Shown: piece after piece, positions 54,683 through 55,303 of the stretch
How the letters are laid out: every line of letters begins with the position of its first letter
How positions within the stretch are numbered: the stretch's first letter is position 1
Virus record (IMG/VR): IMGVR_UViG_3300006026_000017
Location: 1-55,303 of that record
Length of the DNA stretch: 55,303 nt
Reading direction: 5' to 3' (one strand)
Origin: a virus
Taxonomy: Duplodnaviria > Caudoviricetes
Translations under genes and position numbers: made by a program
Notes under the pieces: model-generated
What the model was told of the DNA's origin: nothing
The model's input: the letters and a program-made list of their open reading frames with translations, nothing else
Database searches by the model: none

Positions 54683-55303
54683 ATGAGTGAAGTATATCTT
54701 GGTAATCCAAATCTAAAAAAAGCAAATACACCGATAGAGTTTACAGAGGAACAAATTATTGAGTTCCTCAAATGTAAGGAAGATCCCGTATATTTTGCCA
54801 ATAACTACATTAAGATTGTTTCTCTTGATGAAGGTTTAACCCAGTTCCATCCATACCATTTTCAGGAAAAGTTAATTCATAATTTTCATAATAACAGATT
54901 TAATATCTGTAAGATGCCTCGTCAGACTGGTAAATCTACTACAGTTGTATCTTATCTTTTGCATTATGCGGTCTTTAACGACAGTGTGAACATTGGTATT
55001 CTAGCAAACAAGGCGGCAACCGCAAGAGAACTTCTCAGTAGATTACAAACTGCATATGAGAATTTGCCACGATGGATGCAACAAGGTATCATATCATGGA
55101 ACAAAGGTAGTCTGGAGTTAGAAAATGGCAGTAAGATATTGGCAGCTTCTACGTCTGCAAGTGCTGTCCGAGGTATGTCATTTAACATCCTCTTTCTCGA
55201 CGAGTTCGCGTTCGTCCCGAATCATGTTGCTGACTCGTTCTTTGCATCTGTTTATCCTACTATTACTTCTGGTAAAAACACCAAAGTAATTATCGTATCA
55301 ACC
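54683..55303 (+). CDS. gp17: terminase large subunit, 5' part (runs off window; not in ORF track)
   Basis: SD AAGGAG; MSEVYLGNPNLKKAN..., Walker A PRQTGKST, Walker B LFLDEFAF. Confidence 0.97.
   Translation, partial: MSEVYLGNPNLKKANTPIEFTEEQIIEFLKCKEDPVYFANNYIKIVSLDEGLTQFHPYHFQEKLIHNFHNNRFNICKMPRQTGKSTTVVSYLLHYAVFNDSVNIGILANKAATARELLSRLQTAYENLPRWMQQGIISWNKGSLELENGSKILAASTSASAVRGMSFNILFLDEFAFVPNHVADSFFASVYPTITSGKNTKVIIVST

Noticed and set aside
24524-55188. Many 60-130 aa minus-strand ORFs inside structural genes
   Set aside because: Antisense shadows of strongly biased coding frames with no recognisable motifs.
1-55303. Stop-codon reassignment or tRNA genes
   Set aside because: Core genes are full length in the standard code with dense packing, and no cloverleaf or T-loop motif was seen in intergenic gaps; tRNAscan-SE would confirm.

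Overview
This is a 55.3 kb segment of a T4-like cyanomyovirus (Kyanoviridae-type) genome; every well-supported gene is on the + strand. 1-9.4 kb holds dense small early/middle ORFs, including a glutaredoxin-like gene, the auxiliary metabolic gene cp12 and an HExxH peptidase. 9.4-16.8 kb is a compact cassette: a glycine-rich adhesin/fibre gene flanked by four 2OG-Fe(II) oxygenases, two Cys-rich small proteins and a flavin-dependent halogenase, a candidate system for chemically tailoring a virion protein. 16.8-17.4 kb is origin-like: phased A-tracts, a leftward sigma70 promoter with no ORF downstream, and repeated ATCTCGnCGAGA palindromes. 17.5-21.5 kb is an increasingly GC-rich early island built from repeated stem-loop/promoter cassettes, with small acidic proteins and a ligase-like protein. 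21.6-55.3 kb is conserved core: AbrB-like, GT-A glycosyltransferase, gp25, gp6, giant gp7, gp8, VrlC-like, gp13-gp16, three inserted genes and the 5' part of gp17. I saw no tRNA, rRNA, CRISPR array or mobile element. All assignments come from reading motifs and gene order by eye; no database searches were run.
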